A stretch of 20,320 bases of DNA from Chthonomonadales bacterium (GTDB lineage: Bacteria; Armatimonadota; Chthonomonadetes; Chthonomonadales; Chthonomonadaceae): positions 1 to 20,320 of the forward strand of contig JBBQPO010000088.1 of assembly GCA_038217285.1 (NCBI GenBank), written 5' to 3'. Positions 17,537 to 20,320 of the stretch are shown piece by piece. The notes under the pieces were generated by a model. It saw only the letters and a list, made by a program, of their open reading frames with translations, made no database searches and was not told where the DNA came from. Numbering within the stretch: position 1 is the stretch's first letter; each line of letters opens with the position of its first letter. The translations under genes were made by a program, and so were the position numbers.

Positions 17537-17836
17537 ATGGTTACCCCTGAAGGTGAGCGATTACGGCATGCCGCTGAAGTTTATCGCAACAAAGGCGACA
17601 TAAACAGTGCTGCAGAGGCCGAGCAGGCTGCGTCGCTGGCAGATGCATTCTCGGATCAAGCTCATCAAACTGAAGTTAACTTTAATAAAGGTCACAACCC
17701 TATCCCTGGTCCCGACGCGCCTCCTGGCCCCGACGCGCCTCCTGGCCCCGACGGTCCAGACGGTCATTCTGGCCCCGACGGCCCAGGTGGGCATGATGGT
17801 CCTGACGGCCCGGACGGCGGTCGGGACGGAGCATGA
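17537..17836 (+). CDS. 99-aa peptide: Ala/Glu-rich N-terminal half plus Gly-Pro-Asp (collagen-like) repeat half; candidate precursor peptide
   Basis: AAAGGAG RBS before ATG 17537. Sequence MVTPEGERLRHAAEVYRNKGDINSAAEAEQAASLADAFSDQAHQTEVNFNKGHNPIP-GPD-APP-GPD-APP-GPD-GPD-GHS-GPD-GPG-GHD-GPD-GPD-GGR-DGA. Repeat codons vary at synonymous positions. Confidence 0.8.
   Translation: MVTPEGERLRHAAEVYRNKGDINSAAEAEQAASLADAFSDQAHQTEVNFNKGHNPIPGPDAPPGPDAPPGPDGPDGHSGPDGPGGHDGPDGPDGGRDGA
17705..17824 (+). repeat. Coding tandem repeat (18-bp unit CCTGGCCCCGACGCGCCT, about 2.7 copies, continuing as degenerate 9-bp GGNCCNGAC units)
   Basis: Read directly from 17705-17752 and 17753-17824; encodes seven GPD triplets. 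Confidence 0.85.
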
Positions 17837-17872
17837 TTTTCTCGGTACGCAGAAAGTTCAAGAAAATACAGA

Positions 17873-20242
17873 ATGCAACATTCATTCCATTCTGAACAAG
17901 AAAACGCCTGGGAGCGATTGCGTCAATTGCTTCGCTCTCAGGCTATACTTCGTAACAGCGCAGAAACGCCCCTCGTCGATTTTCATGGCCGCCCGATGCC
18001 CTGGATCTATTATCAGTGGGCAACCAGCCTTACTCACGAAGGCGCGACGCTGGCTGCCGACTGTCTTCTGCACAGATTACAGCAGTTCGAGAGTACACAG
18101 ATCGCCAGTTATGGCATGACAGGCATTCCGCTGGTGACGTCTGTGCTTGTTCAAGGAGAGGGGCGCTACTCCGGATTGTGCCTTCGCCCGAAACCCGAAC
18201 CACACGGGACACGACGTCAAATCGAAGGAACGGGCGATAAAACCAAACCCGTCGTCTTGATTGACGACTGTATCTGTTCGGGGGCGTCGCTGCATAAAGC
18301 GTTCACAATCCTCGAAACCGAGGGATATCGAGTAGAAGGCGCGCTCTGTGTGGCTGAGTTTCCCTGGCAGGGGGGCATGGATTGGGCGCGGGCGCTCGGC
18401 TATCGCGTGGAGGCATTGTTCAATGTCTGGACTGACCTGGAAGCTCCTGAATCAAATCCCCCAGCCGGACATCGCAGAATCTCCCCGGAGTGGGACACCA
18501 GTTATCGCATTGCAGACGGCCTACCCCCCGCCGCTGTGGCACGCCATGTCATCCAACATTTCTTTGCAACGGGCGCTGCTCCCCTGCCACCCTTTCGGTT
18601 TGATCGCGAGTACAATGCGAGCGGGGGAGTCATCGTCAGCCTGCGCAATTGTTCCACCGACCGGCGGCTGGCTCGCGATGGCTTTTACCATCTCGTTCCA
18701 GGGGACGCCGATATGGGACGTGATGTTGTGCTGGCAACTCTGTTGGCAGTTCGATCCGCTAAACTGGATGCCTCCAGTTACGATATGGACCATGTTAAAA
18801 TCGGTGTAACTCTATTTGAGGACCATGAAGAGATAACACCTACCAAACTTGACTACGCGCGTTATGGTATCCTCGTCCGGAGCAAAGTGCATCCGTGGAA
18901 AAGCTCGGGTGCTTTGCCCAACACACAATTTTTTAACAGCGAGATCGAACAGTTACATCATGCCTGTCGTACCAATGCACGAATCTCCAGCACAGAACCC
19001 TATTCCCTTTATCGGCATACGGTCACCAAATCCGTTGAAAACGGTCAGGATTGGCCCCCTTATGGAGTTAGTCAGCAAGAAAACAGCCTTGCGGATATCC
19101 CTCCTTTCGGAGATGCACTGGTACAGCGTGTACGGGAGGCGATTTCCGCATTTTGCGCCTGTGAACCGATCTCGGGCGCCCCATTGCCGGAGAACTTGCT
19201 GCAACAGACGATCTATGGCGCGGCCGTCTCACTTTACCATCATGGGAAACTGGTTGGTTGCTGGACGTCCGCACAAGGCACTCTCGATACAATGCTGATC
19301 GATGCTGCGGAGAAGGCGTGGAAGGATGAGCGTTATGCGGAGTCTAAATCTGCCCTGTCTCTGTCGTCGCTTGAGGAAATGGCTGTCCTTGTCTCGGTCT
19401 TCGTCGGGCGTGAGCGCCTGGGACCAATCACTCAAGAACAGGCATCCCAACGGCTGCGGTTGGGGCGTGACACCCTCCTGGCTTACCAGGGGAAGCAGTC
19501 TGCCATTATGCTCTCTTTCATCCCATGTCAGTATGACTGGTCGAAACAGAAAATGGCACAGTCCGTACTTGCCAAATCCTCGCTCTCGGATCCTCCTGAC
19601 GGCTGGATCTTCTATAATACCAGATGTTGGCTTGCACATGCCGGTCAGGTGGGTCCATTGGATTTTGGCTATCTTGTCCGAAACTCCGGGGCAATGCCAA
19701 ATATTGAGAGTGACATTCGCCTGCTCAGCGACTATCTGCGGGACAAAATCGGTGACGATGGGCTCCCTGCCTATGTCTACTATCCTGTCTTCAATACGGA
19801 AACCGCAAAAGGCACTGCCGCGCGTATCATTCTCGCCTTGGATGCAATGATTTCGGCGGGACGCCTGTTGAATGCGCCGGAACTCTGCGAGGCAGGTATA
19901 AACGGGCTAGCATTCTGTTGTGATCATATTAGCGAACGAAGCAGTCCCCTTACTTTGAACATTCCCGAGATGGAATGCGGCATCGCCGCGGACGTGATGC
20001 TGGTATCCGCCCTGTATCGGGCGCAAGCCGAGGACATCCTGCACAGACCTCAGGTTAAGGGACTGGTCGCGAGATTAGGAACAATCTTCCATGCGGATGG
20101 TGCGATTACCTGGCAAAAACCCGGCCAACGCATCGGCGCCGACCACGACTTGTTTCCGGGGGCAGCACTCTATATGGCTGTGCAAAATCGCGTTCAAAAT
20201 GAACGGCGATTCCGTTTCAAAATGAACACTGATTCCGTTTGA
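17873..20242 (+). CDS. Multidomain protein: OPRT-like type I phosphoribosyltransferase + two AMMECR1 domains + helical (alpha/alpha-toroid-like) domain; probably truncated by an IS at about 20181
   Basis: PRT: GMTGIPLVT, LRPKPEPHGTRRQIEG, VVLIDDCICSGAS. AMMECR1 no.1 (about aa 219-389): GGVIVSLR, KLDYARYGILVR, GALPN, EQL, LYRH.V. AMMECR1 no.2 (about aa 416-586): GAAVSLYHHGKLVGCW, A.KDERY, LRLGRD. Then LSDYL...DDGLPAYVYYP...DLFPGAAL. The last 19 aa are read from repeat DNA. Confidence 0.75.
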   Translation: MQHSFHSEQENAWERLRQLLRSQAILRNSAETPLVDFHGRPMPWIYYQWATSLTHEGATLAADCLLHRLQQFESTQIASYGMTGIPLVTSVLVQGEGRYSGLCLRPKPEPHGTRRQIEGTGDKTKPVVLIDDCICSGASLHKAFTILETEGYRVEGALCVAEFPWQGGMDWARALGYRVEALFNVWTDLEAPESNPPAGHRRISPEWDTSYRIADGLPPAAVARHVIQHFFATGAAPLPPFRFDREYNASGGVIVSLRNCSTDRRLARDGFYHLVPGDADMGRDVVLATLLAVRSAKLDASSYDMDHVKIGVTLFEDHEEITPTKLDYARYGILVRSKVHPWKSSGALPNTQFFNSEIEQLHHACRTNARISSTEPYSLYRHTVTKSVENGQDWPPYGVSQQENSLADIPPFGDALVQRVREAISAFCACEPISGAPLPENLLQQTIYGAAVSLYHHGKLVGCWTSAQGTLDTMLIDAAEKAWKDERYAESKSALSLSSLEEMAVLVSVFVGRERLGPITQEQASQRLRLGRDTLLAYQGKQSAIMLSFIPCQYDWSKQKMAQSVLAKSSLSDPPDGWIFYNTRCWLAHAGQVGPLDFGYLVRNSGAMPNIESDIRLLSDYLRDKIGDDGLPAYVYYPVFNTETAKGTAARIILALDAMISAGRLLNAPELCEAGINGLAFCCDHISERSSPLTLNIPEMECGIAADVMLVSALYRAQAEDILHRPQVKGLVARLGTIFHADGAITWQKPGQRIGADHDLFPGAALYMAVQNRVQNERRFRFKMNTDSV

Positions 20243-20320
20243 ATTTGAACACCGATTCCGTTTGAATTTGAACACCATCGGAAACCTCTTCTGAGCAGAC
20301 TAGCGAGCAACGCGGGATAA
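20181..20320. mobile_element. Terminus of an IS21-family-like insertion sequence
   Basis: Starts 5'-TGC and carries four head-to-tail 22-23-bp repeats (20191-20212, 20213-20235, 20236-20258, partial 20259-20276), consensus CGTTTSAAWWTGAACACCGATTC. This is the multiple-terminal-repeat style of IS21-type ends. No transposase inside the window. Confidence 0.7.

Noticed and set aside
16414-17550. 378-aa plus-strand ORF
   Set aside because: Composite of the sigma-gene antisense shadow, a short gene fragment and AT-rich intergenic DNA.
17873-18440. Annotating the fusion as pyrE
   Set aside because: Catalytic-loop lysines are missing, it is fused to AMMECR1 domains, and no pyrimidine genes are nearby.
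20191-20276. Short repeats as a CRISPR array
   Set aside because: Repeats are head-to-tail with no unique spacers and no cas genes; they fit IS21-type terminal repeats better.

Overview
GC-rich bacterial DNA, probably Armatimonadota (inferred from the UBact modifier, a PEP-CTERM protein and LLRA-type tails), with lower-GC accessory segments at both ends. The core (738-8898, minus strand) is a complete UBact/Pup-type conjugation-proteasome locus in the order arc, dop, ubact, prcB, prcA, pafA. An oppositely oriented PEP-CTERM gene sits between prcA and pafA. The middle holds a HEAT-repeat gene, an acyl-CoA thioesterase, modAB without modC, a PcfJ-domain protein, a lipoprotein, and an ECF sigma / zinc anti-sigma / degenerate PilT-like operon. 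The left end has an internally deleted HEPN-type gene beside its intact partner. The right end has the best candidate for an undescribed system: a 99-aa peptide with a leader-like half and a Gly-Pro-Asp repeat half, directly followed by a fusion of an OPRT-like phosphoribosyltransferase, two AMMECR1 domains and a helical domain. That fusion gene is cut by the repeated end of an IS21-like element at about 20181. All family assignments come from motif recognition by eye; no searches were run.
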